A stretch of DNA of 64,000 nucleotides. It comes from an uncultured Gemmatimonadota bacterium (GTDB lineage: Bacteria > Gemmatimonadota > CAZMKB01 > CAZNLH01). Shown in pieces: positions 38,233 to 47,170 of this stretch. Within the stretch, counting starts at the first letter, position 1. Every line of letters starts with the position of its first letter. The notes beneath the pieces are model-generated. The model was not told the origin of the DNA. It searched no databases and worked only from the letters and a program-made list of their open reading frames with translations. The translations under genes were made by a program, and so were the position numbers. The DNA lies in NCBI GenBank assembly GCA_964577985.1, contig CAZOAR010000004.1, positions 6,470 to 70,469 on the forward strand. Reading direction: 5' to 3'.

Positions 38233-38949
38233 CTAAGTGCAGCCCAGATAGCGGTTAACCGCTTTCAGTGTAGCCAGGGCAGCGGCCCTGTTCATGTCGT
38301 CGCGCACGAAAGAGGTCCCGACCAGTGATACTGTGGCGCTTTTTGATACGGCCTCAACGACAACGAGTACCACCGGCGAATTGACTTCTTCAACAATTTT
38401 CAGCTCCTCAAGAGTAAAAGCCTTTTCTCCGTGCAGGTACTCCTCCAGCGCGGACAGCACGGCCTTCGCGCAGATTTTCATCTGATTCGACCGTGTGCTG
38501 GTGTCTTCACAGACCCCCCTGTAGAGATTACCGCCGTTCGCGAGGACGACTTCCGCTGAACATTTCAGGTTTCCGACAGGGACAATCTCGAACCGGTCGA
38601 ATCTCAACCGTGGCTTGCTGTTCCCCTTCTCATTCCCGCCAGCCTCTCCGGGCGCAAAGGTCTCGAAGCGGAATTCGCTTGTACTCCTCCCGCCGTTTTC
38701 GGGACTCCTCAACTGGGCGACGCTTATCCTCTTGTGGTCGACCTCGATATTGAAACCGGAGAAAAGCGCGGATTCAATGTCACGCACGATATGCTTCGGC
38801 CTTCTGTTGTGATCCGTCAGAACATGTACTTCTACGATTTCCCCTTCAGTGCTGACGTTGATTTTCGCAGATATTACACCCGGAAGATTGCACAACAGGC
38901 GCTCTGCGAGGAGTAGAGAATCGGAGGAACCATTCCGATTTGATACCAT
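38233..38949 (-). CDS. Hypothetical protein with two related alpha/beta halves (internal duplication), downstream of rarA
   Basis: 238 aa, no confident family assignment. The N-half is LPGVISAKINVSTEGEIVEVHVL...IVRDIESAL. The C-half is ICAKAVLSALEEYLHGEKAFTLEELKIVEEV...LVVVEAV. The halves are joined by a Gly-rich linker. Confidence 0.4.
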   Translation of the reverse strand: MVSNRNGSSDSLLLAERLLCNLPGVISAKINVSTEGEIVEVHVLTDHNRRPKHIVRDIESALFSGFNIEVDHKRISVAQLRSPENGGRSTSEFRFETFAPGEAGGNEKGNSKPRLRFDRFEIVPVGNLKCSAEVVLANGGNLYRGVCEDTSTRSNQMKICAKAVLSALEEYLHGEKAFTLEELKIVEEVNSPVVLVVVEAVSKSATVSLVGTSFVRDDMNRAAALATLKAVNRYLGCT

Positions 38950-39131
38950 CTGTCTTCCTTTGTTCCTGGGCCTTTATGATGAGCATAAATATACCCGGGA
39001 TAGTCACCGTTGTAAAGCAACTTGTCAACAGCACAGGGCTTCGCAGCCTTTGACAATTATTCCGGGACCGACAGCCCTCCCGTTGTCGGTCTACAGCTCA
39101 ATTCAGTCGTACCTTTCGAGGGGCCGGGAAC

Positions 39132-40541
39132 TCAACGCTCTAGGGAACGAGGGATCGAGGAGTGCCCGCCTGGTTTTTCCTCCTCCGGCGATGACAGCCT
39201 CTTTCTGATCGCAGCCCACCGTTTCAGTCGTTCTTTCACGGCAGACTCGTATCCGGAATTGCCCGGTCGATAAAATGTTCTGCCCTTCAGCTTCGCCGGC
39301 AGATAGTCCTGCTTCACTATCTTCTCCCTGGCGTCGTGCGGGTATTTGTAATCCTTTCCATACCCGAGATCTTTCATCAGACTGGTCGGGGCGTTCCTCA
39401 GTTCGATCGGGACCGGATCGTTCCTGCCTCCTCTGATCGTCTTCTTTACCTCCGCATATGCCTTGTACAACGAGTTGCTCTTCGGAGCCGTGGCAAGATA
39501 AACCGCCGCCTGGGCGAGGGCCAGTTCTCCCTCAGGGAGGCCGATAAAATGAACCGCATCCCTGGCTGCTATGGCCATCGTCAGCGCGTTCGGATCCGCG
39601 ATGCCTATGTCTTCAGACGCGAAGCGGACCATCCGCCTGGCAATATAAAGGGGCGCCTCCCCCGCCTCCAGCATCCTCGCCAGCCAGTAAAGAGATGCGT
39701 CCGGGTCGCTCCCGCGGAGGCTCTTGTGGAGCGCCGATATCAGGTTATAGTGTTCCTCCCCCGCCTTGTCGTAGCCGATGTGCTTGTGCTGCAGGGCCTC
39801 CCGGACGGTAGCCTTTGAGATCTCCCTGCTTTCCCCCGTGACCAGGAGGGAGGAAAGTTCCAGAAGATTGAGCGCGCGTCGGGCGTCACCGTCCGAGGAG
39901 CTGGCGATGAGATAGAGCGCGTCTTTCTCCAGCGTCAGTCCCTGTCCACCAAGCCCCCTCTCGGTGTCCTCCAGGGCCCTCATCACAAGGAGGCATATAT
40001 CTTTTTCCGACAATGGACTCAGCACGAAAACCCTCGCCCGGGAAAGGAGCGGGGAATTGACTTCAAAGGACGGGTTCTCCGTGGTCGCGCCTACCAGGAT
40101 GATGCAGCCGTTTTCGACATGTGGAAGGAAGGCATCCTGCTGGGACTTGTTGAAGCGGTGTATCTCATCGCAGAAGAGTACCGTACGTCTCCCGTTGATG
40201 GATATGTGTTCCCGGGCTCTCCCGACGACGTCACGGATGTCCCTGACACCGGAAGTCACCGCGCTGAACGAGACGAACTCAGAGCCGGTCATCGTGGCCA
40301 TGATCATCGCGACAGTGGTCTTCCCGCTTCCAGGTGGCCCCCAGAGGATAAGAGAACTCAAGGCGTCTCTCTCGATCATGGTCCTCAGGACTTTTCCTCT
40401 GCCCATGATCTTTTCCTGCCCCACAAATTCGCCTATGGACCGGGGCCTCATCCTGAAGGCGAGGGGGCCGGCTCCACGATCACCTCCGCCGACATTCCCT
40501 CCGTCAAACAAATCTCTCACTTCACCGGCCCCGCTGTTCAT
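39132..40541 (-). CDS. rarA: Replication-associated recombination protein A (RarA/MgsA AAA+ ATPase)
   Basis: 469 aa. Walker A LILWGPPGSGKTT, Walker B LFCDEIHRFNK, sensor regions and the RarA C-terminal domain. Overlaps the upstream gene by 4 bp. Confidence 0.9.
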   Translation of the reverse strand: MNSGAGEVRDLFDGGNVGGGDRGAGPLAFRMRPRSIGEFVGQEKIMGRGKVLRTMIERDALSSLILWGPPGSGKTTVAMIMATMTGSEFVSFSAVTSGVRDIRDVVGRAREHISINGRRTVLFCDEIHRFNKSQQDAFLPHVENGCIILVGATTENPSFEVNSPLLSRARVFVLSPLSEKDICLLVMRALEDTERGLGGQGLTLEKDALYLIASSSDGDARRALNLLELSSLLVTGESREISKATVREALQHKHIGYDKAGEEHYNLISALHKSLRGSDPDASLYWLARMLEAGEAPLYIARRMVRFASEDIGIADPNALTMAIAARDAVHFIGLPEGELALAQAAVYLATAPKSNSLYKAYAEVKKTIRGGRNDPVPIELRNAPTSLMKDLGYGKDYKYPHDAREKIVKQDYLPAKLKGRTFYRPGNSGYESAVKERLKRWAAIRKRLSSPEEEKPGGHSSIPRSLER

Positions 40542-41593
40542 ACCGACGACCGTCCTGGTTTGTCCCTGAGTTTGAGGATCTCATCGCTTTCGAACCTCTC
40601 GAGGTCAGCCTCTGCATCGAGCGTGACGATCGTTCTCACACCCGGTTCATCCAGTAGTCTTCCAATGACCGCTGGATGCGAGCCCGCGGCCTCGAGTTCA
40701 TCCTCCAGTTCTCCGAGGTGGTCTTCCTCCACCGCTATGAGAAGCGCTCCGGAGGCGATGAGGCCAAGCGGATCCATACCATATCCTGCGCATAATTCGC
40801 TCGTCTCCGGGAAAATCGGGATCGATTCACGCCTGACGATAAAACCGGTGCCCGAGGCATCCGCGAGTTCGTGAAGCGCCGTGGCCAGCCCGCCTTCGGT
40901 CGGGTCGTGCATCGCGTGAACGCCATCCACCCGGCATGCCGCGCGCGCCGGGGGCAGAACGCTGATCCCGGGATCCCTGAGATATCCTGTGCATCTCGCG
41001 AGGAAATCCTCCCCCCATTGTTTCGACACCTCATGAGGCTTCTCCCTGGCTATAATGGATGTGCCCTCTACAGCCACGCCCCCTGTCAGGACTATGCAGT
41101 CCCCCGCTCTCGCGAGAGAGGCTTGAAACGTGCGGTTCGCCATCGCCAGGCCGAGCATCGTCCCACCCGCGACCGTCCTTGTCACAGCGCTTGTGACTTC
41201 GGTGTGGCCCCCGCAGAAGGCGACAGACAACTCGTCGCACGCCTCGCGTATCCCGGAGAATATACTCTCCACCTGATCAGGGTCGGTCGCGCCCGCCGGA
41301 AAAAGGAGGGTCGCCATGAACCAGCGCGGTTCGCCACCCATTGCGGCGAGATCATTCGCGTTCACGTTGACGACATAGTGCCCCATATCCTCCGTGACGA
41401 AGGTCACGGGATCGGTCTTCGCAAAGAGTACGTCTCCCGAAAAGCGCAGGAGTGTTGCATCGATCCCTGTCGCCGGGCCTTCGATCACCCGTTCGTCAAC
41501 CGACGTATACCGCGCCAGCAGACTGTCGAGCAGGCCGTGGGGGAGTTTCCCCGATTGCAGTGTCACGGTGTCTTTTCGGCGGCTGTGAGTCAT
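40538..41593 (-). CDS. AIR synthase-related (PurM/HypE/ThiL-fold) protein of unknown specificity
   Basis: 351 aa. PurM-superfamily N-domain (DATLL...NDLAAMGGEP) and C-domain. It lacks the HypE C-terminal PRIC and ThiL features. Start and stop are both in 4-bp overlaps, with queC upstream and rarA downstream. Confidence 0.7.
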   Translation of the reverse strand: MTHSRRKDTVTLQSGKLPHGLLDSLLARYTSVDERVIEGPATGIDATLLRFSGDVLFAKTDPVTFVTEDMGHYVVNVNANDLAAMGGEPRWFMATLLFPAGATDPDQVESIFSGIREACDELSVAFCGGHTEVTSAVTRTVAGGTMLGLAMANRTFQASLARAGDCIVLTGGVAVEGTSIIAREKPHEVSKQWGEDFLARCTGYLRDPGISVLPPARAACRVDGVHAMHDPTEGGLATALHELADASGTGFIVRRESIPIFPETSELCAGYGMDPLGLIASGALLIAVEEDHLGELEDELEAAGSHPAVIGRLLDEPGVRTIVTLDAEADLERFESDEILKLRDKPGRSSV

Positions 41594-42273
41594 GGTTCTG
41601 TTCTGTCCCCTGCATAAGGTATCGGATCGGCCACACCTGCTTCACTGAATCCTTTCAGACGCAGGACGCAACTCTCGCACTCGCCGCACGCAAGATCGCT
41701 CTTTGCGTAGCAGGACCAGGTCAGGTGAAACGGAGCCTTGAGTGCCAGGCCGGTCTCGACTATCTCCTTCTTTCCCATCTCGACCAGCGGAGCAACTATC
41801 GTAATGTCTCCCGACCTTGTTCCCTGCCGCACAAGGAGATTGAAAGCCTCATAATAACTCTTTCGGCAGTCGGGATAACCCGCGCTGTCGCTCTCCACGG
41901 CACCGATAAAGATCTTCCTGACTCCGAGCACCTCCGCCCACGATACGGCGGCGCACAGGAAGTGGCTGTTACGAAACGGCACATAGGTCGACGGGATCTC
42001 AGCCGGGTCGGACTGGCCGCTCTCAATCTCCATCGATTCGTCCGTAAGGCTTGATCCTCCCATACGCCCGAGATAGGACATGTCCACCACCATTTTCTCC
42101 CTTGCTCCGAAGTGCCTCGCGACCGCCTCGAACGCCCTCGTCTCCCTTTCGGCCGTTCTCTGACCGTAGGTACAATGGAGAAGAGCAAGCTCATGAGTTT
42201 GAGCCGCGAACGCGGTCGCCACACAACTGTCCAGGCCTCCACTGGCGAGCACTATCGCCATCTCACGCCCCAA
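41590..42273 (-). CDS. queC: 7-cyano-7-deazaguanine synthase (QueC)
   Basis: PP-loop SGGLDS near the N-terminus (M/LGREMAIVLASGGLDSCVA). C-terminal Zn motif CYAKSDLACGECESCVLR. Probable TTG start 7 nt after GGAGG; an in-frame ATG lies at 42261. Confidence 0.9.
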   Translation of the reverse strand: MGREMAIVLASGGLDSCVATAFAAQTHELALLHCTYGQRTAERETRAFEAVARHFGAREKMVVDMSYLGRMGGSSLTDESMEIESGQSDPAEIPSTYVPFRNSHFLCAAVSWAEVLGVRKIFIGAVESDSAGYPDCRKSYYEAFNLLVRQGTRSGDITIVAPLVEMGKKEIVETGLALKAPFHLTWSCYAKSDLACGECESCVLRLKGFSEAGVADPIPYAGDRTEP

Positions 42274-42368
42274 CCACACACCTCCTTTCCCGGCAGCCCC
42301 CGCCGGACGACGGGAGAGAGGCGACAGTAGAACGCGCGGCACCACTTGAGTCCTTCATCGGAACCCGC

Positions 42369-43040
42369 CTACGGCAGACCAAGGTACTTGTGAAGTTGAA
42401 GATTGAGCCGCACATTTATCCTGTCCTCCAGAATCCACTGAACCAGTCTTTCGGGCTCCATCTCCCCGCACGCGGGAGAGAAGAGGACACCCGGCGCGCG
42501 GGATGCGTGACCGGGGCCTCCTCCGCCCTCACGCAACCCGTTGATCTCCAGGAAGTTGACGCTCCACAAATAGTCTTCCCGGTTCCTGACTATGAACTTC
42601 AGGCAATCATTCGAATCCAGTTGCTCGAGGTTGGAGTCGAGAAACGAGCCTCCTTCGCCACTCCCGGGAGACTTGACATCAACAACTCGTACGACGTCCT
42701 CGGGCACGGCAGTCAGGTCGTACGACCCGTTGGTCTCAAGGACGACGTCCATACCGACCTCCCGCAGTCTCTCGATCATCGCCGGCGTCCCTTCCTGATA
42801 CATAGGTTCTCCCCCTGTTACCAGGACGAGTGAGGGGCCCTGAGAGGCAACCTCCTCGACAATCTCATCGAGAGAGCGCAGACTGTGACGGGAGGAATCT
42901 ACCTCGAGGGCTTGCGGCGTGTCGCAGTAGCTGCATCTCAGATTGCACCCCGCCAGCCGGAGGATGACACATGGGAATCCCTGCAAAGGCATTTCACCCA
43001 TGACGGAAACACATATCTCCGCCACATAGAGCTCTGTCAT
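42369..43040 (-). CDS. queE: 7-carboxy-7-deazaguanine synthase (QueE, radical SAM)
   Basis: 223 aa. N-terminus MTELYVAEICVSVMGEMPLQGFPCVILRLAGCNLRCSYCDT aligns with the QueE consensus ...IQGEG...F.R..GCNLRC.YCDT. Confidence 0.9.
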   Translation of the reverse strand: MTELYVAEICVSVMGEMPLQGFPCVILRLAGCNLRCSYCDTPQALEVDSSRHSLRSLDEIVEEVASQGPSLVLVTGGEPMYQEGTPAMIERLREVGMDVVLETNGSYDLTAVPEDVVRVVDVKSPGSGEGGSFLDSNLEQLDSNDCLKFIVRNREDYLWSVNFLEINGLREGGGGPGHASRAPGVLFSPACGEMEPERLVQWILEDRINVRLNLQLHKYLGLP

Positions 43041-43209
43041 CGAACCATCACCATTTCACACGGTATTCCACGCTCGACAAGGTCCGCCCTCGCCTGGAAG
43101 AGACTTATCCGCACTCGCGGTGCACAACGCATATTCTCGATCGTTACGGGAGGGAGCGGGAGGGGCTATGTCTGAGCGGGGTGAATGCCGGTTTCTCTGC
43201 GCAACAGCT

Positions 43210-43575
43210 TCATTCCCGGTAAGACGCCCACTCATCGCCGGTCTCCTCGACTCTCACCTCGACCATCTCCACTCCCGCGGGAAGCTCTGGCTTCAGCCTG
43301 TTGTAGAGATACCTGGCGATGTTCTCTGCGGTAGGATTGATTTCCTGAAATGGCTCAAGGCTGTTCAGGTGCTTGTGGTCGAGCTGCATAATATGTTTGT
43401 TGAGACATTCTCGAAGCAGTCTGAAGTCCATGCCCATGCCGGACGCGTCAATGTCCTTGACCTCCACAACGGTTGAGACACCCCAGTTGTGTCCGTGAAG
43501 AGAAGCGCAGTCACCCGCATAACCCCGGAGTTCGTGAGACGAAGAGAACGATGAACGCACACTTATCCTATACAC
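43210..43575 (-). CDS. queD: 6-carboxy-5,6,7,8-tetrahydropterin synthase (QueD, PTPS family); GTG start
   Basis: ~121 aa from GTG (VYRISVRSSFSSSHELRGY...CASLHGHNW) after an AGAGGGAG SD. This is the PTPS/QueD fold with the zinc His motif. The longer ATG-initiated reading adds a non-conserved Arg/Ser-rich N-terminus that overlaps smc. Confidence 0.85.
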   Translation of the reverse strand: MYRISVRSSFSSSHELRGYAGDCASLHGHNWGVSTVVEVKDIDASGMGMDFRLLRECLNKHIMQLDHKHLNSLEPFQEINPTAENIARYLYNRLKPELPAGVEMVEVRVEETGDEWASYRE

Positions 43576-46500
43576 TTGCTCCCTCTTGCTCCCTGGCGTT
43601 ACCCCGGCTGCCGTCTGCCACTCTCCTGCCGTCACCGTCGAGGGTGACCGACACGACCTTCGAGACACCCGGCTCCTCCATCGTCACTCCATACAGACAA
43701 TCCGCGGCGCTCATTGTCTTCTTGTTATGCGTCACCACTATGAACTGGGTCTTGCCCCTGAACTTCACGAGCATATCTATCAACCTGTCAACATTGGTAT
43801 CATCGAGCGCAGCGTCTGCTTCGTCCAGGATACAGAAAGGGCTCGGCCTCACCTGGTATATCGCAAACAGCAGCGCCAGCGCCGTAAGAGCCCTCTCCCC
43901 ACCGGACATGAGGTCGACTGACTCCGCTCGTTTGCCGAACGGCTGGGCTGCCATCTCGATCGGGCATTCGAGCGGATCGCCATCGTCTGCCATGATAAGA
44001 TCGGCCTTCCCTCCCCTGAAAAGGAGGCGGAACGTCTCCCGGAAGTTCTCTCTGACCAGGCCGAATGTCTCGAGGAACCTCTCCCTTGCGGTACGGTTGA
44101 TCTGTCTGATGGCCTTCTCGAGAGATTCCTTCCCTTCAATCAGATCGTCTCTCTGCGTGCGAAGGAGATCGAGCCTTTCCTCTTCTCCCTCATACTCCTC
44201 AAGCGCGACGAAGTTCACGTGACCAAGATGTGCGAGTTTCTCCTTCAGCCCCTGGAGTTCATGTTTGAGTTCTCCCGTGCGTTGCGCATCCACATTCTCC
44301 GGGAGGACGATTTCATCGAGGCTGATCCCATACTTCTCACCCATCCGGTCCTTCAACGAGAGGATCAGGTTATTGACATCGTTTTCTTCCAGTTCAAGAC
44401 GGCGTATCTCGCTCGATCTGCCGTCCATTTCCATTCGCAAATCGCCCATTGCAGCATCTTTCCTGTCCAGCTCTGTCCTGGCGAGCCGGATTTCCACTTC
44501 CCCGGCCGAGAGCTCTAACTCAACCTGCTCTGCATCGGAAGCAACTGCGAGTCTTTTCCCTTCCGCATCGCCTATTTCCTCATCGAGTCTGCCGAGCTCT
44601 TCCTCGATAGCCGCCTGTTCCTCCGCGAGACGGCAGGATAGCTCCTCCCTCGCCTTCAATTCTTTCTCTATTCTCTCCGCTCTCCTGTCCATCTCCGACA
44701 GGGAAGCCTTCAAAGAGGCGTCTTCCACCCTCGCCCGTCCGAGGTCACCATCCAGGACGTCCCTCCGCTCTCTCACGTAATTCAGCTCCCCCCCGGGCTC
44801 CGCTTCTTCTCGCGTTTCTCCGCCGGCGCCTTCGGTTGTCGCAAGCGCGTCCATGAGATCACGCTTTTCCCGCTCTTTCGACCTGCACATGGATACGACC
44901 CTCTGCAACTCCTCTTCCATATGACTGATTTCGCTCTGCAGAAAATCCTCTTCCCGCGCCAGTCCCAGCAGAACATTTTCCTTCTCTCTGAGGGACAGCG
45001 TCTCTTCCGCCGATCTCCTTTCCAGCTTCTCGTGTTCGCTCACGGCGTCCACCAGGATCTGATTCAGCCTGCGATGGTCTGTCTCGACCTTTTCGAGCGC
45101 ACGCTTCAGAGACACTGATTCACGCTTGAGCCCCTCGATCGCTCTCGATCTTTCGACAAGTAGAGGGCTCTTATTCCCGTCTTCTCCTCCCCAGAGCACG
45201 AATCTATCCTTCAGGAGGCTCCCGTCGAGCGACACGAGCCTCGCTTCAGCCTTAATGTAAGCTTCCACGTCCTCGCCGGCCGACGGAGGCGGGACTATCC
45301 ATAGATCTCCCAGGAGCAGGTCTCTCAGAGCGTTCAGCTCAGGCTTGCAGCTTACAACGTCCGAACCGATGGCTATGACCCAGGAGGGCAGCCTTGGCAT
45401 TCTTCTTTCATTCATGGTCCGGATCATTTCGAGGGATAGAAAAGACGCCACTCCTTTTCCATGAGACCTCAGATGGTTGATCGCCCTCATCGCGGCCATG
45501 TTGTCGACCGTAACAATCATCTTCAAAAAGGACAACAAACCCGTCTCGATGGCTCTGGCAAACTTACGGTCTATCTCGAAAAGCTCCCCCACGGGTCCGA
45601 GGATGCCCGGAAAATCATCCTTCGAGCGCATGATTTCAGAGACTCCCCCCGGATATCCCTCATAATCTTCCCGCCACTTTCTGCGCAGCTCCAGTTGAGA
45701 CAGGACGTTGTCCAGGTGAAGCTGCTGCTTCCCCGCCTCGCGGTCGGAGGCGTCCCTGCGTTCGGATATCTTCTCCCTGAGCGCAGACAGCTTCTCGAGC
45801 TTCCCGGACATGTTCGCGACTATTGTCCTCAACTCCTGAACCTCGGAGGAAAAACTCACCTTTTCTCCGCCGGCTGTGGTTATCTTCTCCCTCTTATCTG
45901 CCAGTTGAGCCTCAAGTCGATCTCTCTTCTGGAAGAGTGAGCTGTTTTCATTGTCGAGCGCACTCAACCTGGCCTTTATCTCGGCAATCGCCTCGAGTTT
46001 CCTGATTCTCTTCTCTTCTGCCAGTCGGTATCGTTCCGACTCGCTACGGAGCTCTGCCTCGGCTTTTCCTCTCTCTGCCTCCAGCTCCCGCAGGAGACTG
46101 GAAAGTTCCTCAAGTCGATTCACACCTTTCGCTTTTTCCCGGGCGAGTTCGTCCCTCTCCTCGAGGAGTGCCTCTCTCGAATCCCTCGCCTCGGCAGCCT
46201 CCACAACGACCCTGTCCATCCGCTCACGTCTGTGGACACATCTCTCCTTCAGTACAACCAGCCGCTCATCCAGCAGTTTAATATCAAGCGAGCGGCTCTT
46301 GAGCCTCTCACGGATCTCTTTCAGTTTCTCCTCTTTCGAAATCAGATCCGATTTTCCCTCGCGAAGATCCGCTTCGAGGCCCTGCATCGTCGCAAGGGCT
46401 TTCTCTTTCCTGTTCTCCAGTTCTTCCAGCCTGGTGCCTACCGCTTTCTCCTTTGCGTCAAGCTCTCCACGTTTCAACCCGGCGAGAAGGATCTCGACTT

Positions 46501-47170
46501 CTTTCTCGCGCACCTTGTACGCCTTGTGTCGTCGCGCCTTGCCGACATGTCGCTTCAATCCCCTGACGGAGTGCTCCACCTCATCGAAGAGCACCTGGAT
46601 CTGTTCGAGATCAAGGCGCGTCTTCTCCAGTTTTCTCTGCGCAAGTCGTCTTCTATCCTTGTATTTCACCACGCCCGCCGCTTCTTCGAGGATCCGCCGC
46701 CTTTCATCGCTCTTCCCGTTCAGGATCGCGTCGATCATCTTCTGCTCTATCAGAGAATACGCGTCCTTGCCCACACCGATGTCGAGAATAAGGTCCACGA
46801 CATCCTTCAGCCGACATTCGCTGTTGTTGATCCTGTACTCGCTCTCTCCCGAACGGAAAAGCTTTCTCGAGATATTGACTTCCTGATAAGGGAGTGATAT
46901 GAGCCCGTCATCATTCTCGAAGGATATGACAACTTCGGCCAGGTTTAGCGGCCTTCTCGTCCGGGTCCCTTTGAAGATCGTATCGTCCATTCTCTGACCG
47001 CGAAGCACCCTCGGGTTCTGCTCTCCCAGTACCCACCTGATCGCGTCGGCTACGTTGCTCTTTCCACAGCCATTCGGGCCGACAATAGCCGTTATACCCT
47101 CACCGAAATCGAGCGAGACTTTCCTGTAGAACGACTTGAACCCGCTTACTTTGATGCTCTTCAAGATCAT
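43568..47170 (-). CDS. smc: Chromosome segregation protein SMC
   Basis: 1200 aa. N-terminal Walker A (GPNGCGKSNV), long coiled coils, a central hinge, a C-terminal ABC signature (LSGGER) and Walker B (ILDEADAALD). Confidence 0.95.
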   Translation of the reverse strand: MILKSIKVSGFKSFYRKVSLDFGEGITAIVGPNGCGKSNVADAIRWVLGEQNPRVLRGQRMDDTIFKGTRTRRPLNLAEVVISFENDDGLISLPYQEVNISRKLFRSGESEYRINNSECRLKDVVDLILDIGVGKDAYSLIEQKMIDAILNGKSDERRRILEEAAGVVKYKDRRRLAQRKLEKTRLDLEQIQVLFDEVEHSVRGLKRHVGKARRHKAYKVREKEVEILLAGLKRGELDAKEKAVGTRLEELENRKEKALATMQGLEADLREGKSDLISKEEKLKEIRERLKSRSLDIKLLDERLVVLKERCVHRRERMDRVVVEAAEARDSREALLEERDELAREKAKGVNRLEELSSLLRELEAERGKAEAELRSESERYRLAEEKRIRKLEAIAEIKARLSALDNENSSLFQKRDRLEAQLADKREKITTAGGEKVSFSSEVQELRTIVANMSGKLEKLSALREKISERRDASDREAGKQQLHLDNVLSQLELRRKWREDYEGYPGGVSEIMRSKDDFPGILGPVGELFEIDRKFARAIETGLLSFLKMIVTVDNMAAMRAINHLRSHGKGVASFLSLEMIRTMNERRMPRLPSWVIAIGSDVVSCKPELNALRDLLLGDLWIVPPPSAGEDVEAYIKAEARLVSLDGSLLKDRFVLWGGEDGNKSPLLVERSRAIEGLKRESVSLKRALEKVETDHRRLNQILVDAVSEHEKLERRSAEETLSLREKENVLLGLAREEDFLQSEISHMEEELQRVVSMCRSKEREKRDLMDALATTEGAGGETREEAEPGGELNYVRERRDVLDGDLGRARVEDASLKASLSEMDRRAERIEKELKAREELSCRLAEEQAAIEEELGRLDEEIGDAEGKRLAVASDAEQVELELSAGEVEIRLARTELDRKDAAMGDLRMEMDGRSSEIRRLELEENDVNNLILSLKDRMGEKYGISLDEIVLPENVDAQRTGELKHELQGLKEKLAHLGHVNFVALEEYEGEEERLDLLRTQRDDLIEGKESLEKAIRQINRTARERFLETFGLVRENFRETFRLLFRGGKADLIMADDGDPLECPIEMAAQPFGKRAESVDLMSGGERALTALALLFAIYQVRPSPFCILDEADAALDDTNVDRLIDMLVKFRGKTQFIVVTHNKKTMSAADCLYGVTMEEPGVSKVVSVTLDGDGRRVADGSRGNAREQEGASV

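Noticed and set aside
43041-43209. 169-bp gap between queD and queE inspected for a preQ1 riboswitch
   Set aside because: No match by eye to the compact preQ1-I/II consensus (no conserved AGAGGUUC...CUA / pseudoknot pattern). It is most likely just an intercistronic spacer. An Rfam scan would be needed to be sure.
45951-46886. 311-aa Ser-rich plus-strand ORF, plus the 44265..44780 and 46232..46897 ORFs
   Set aside because: All are antisense to smc. The low-complexity S/L/R-rich translations mirror the smc coiled-coil codons.
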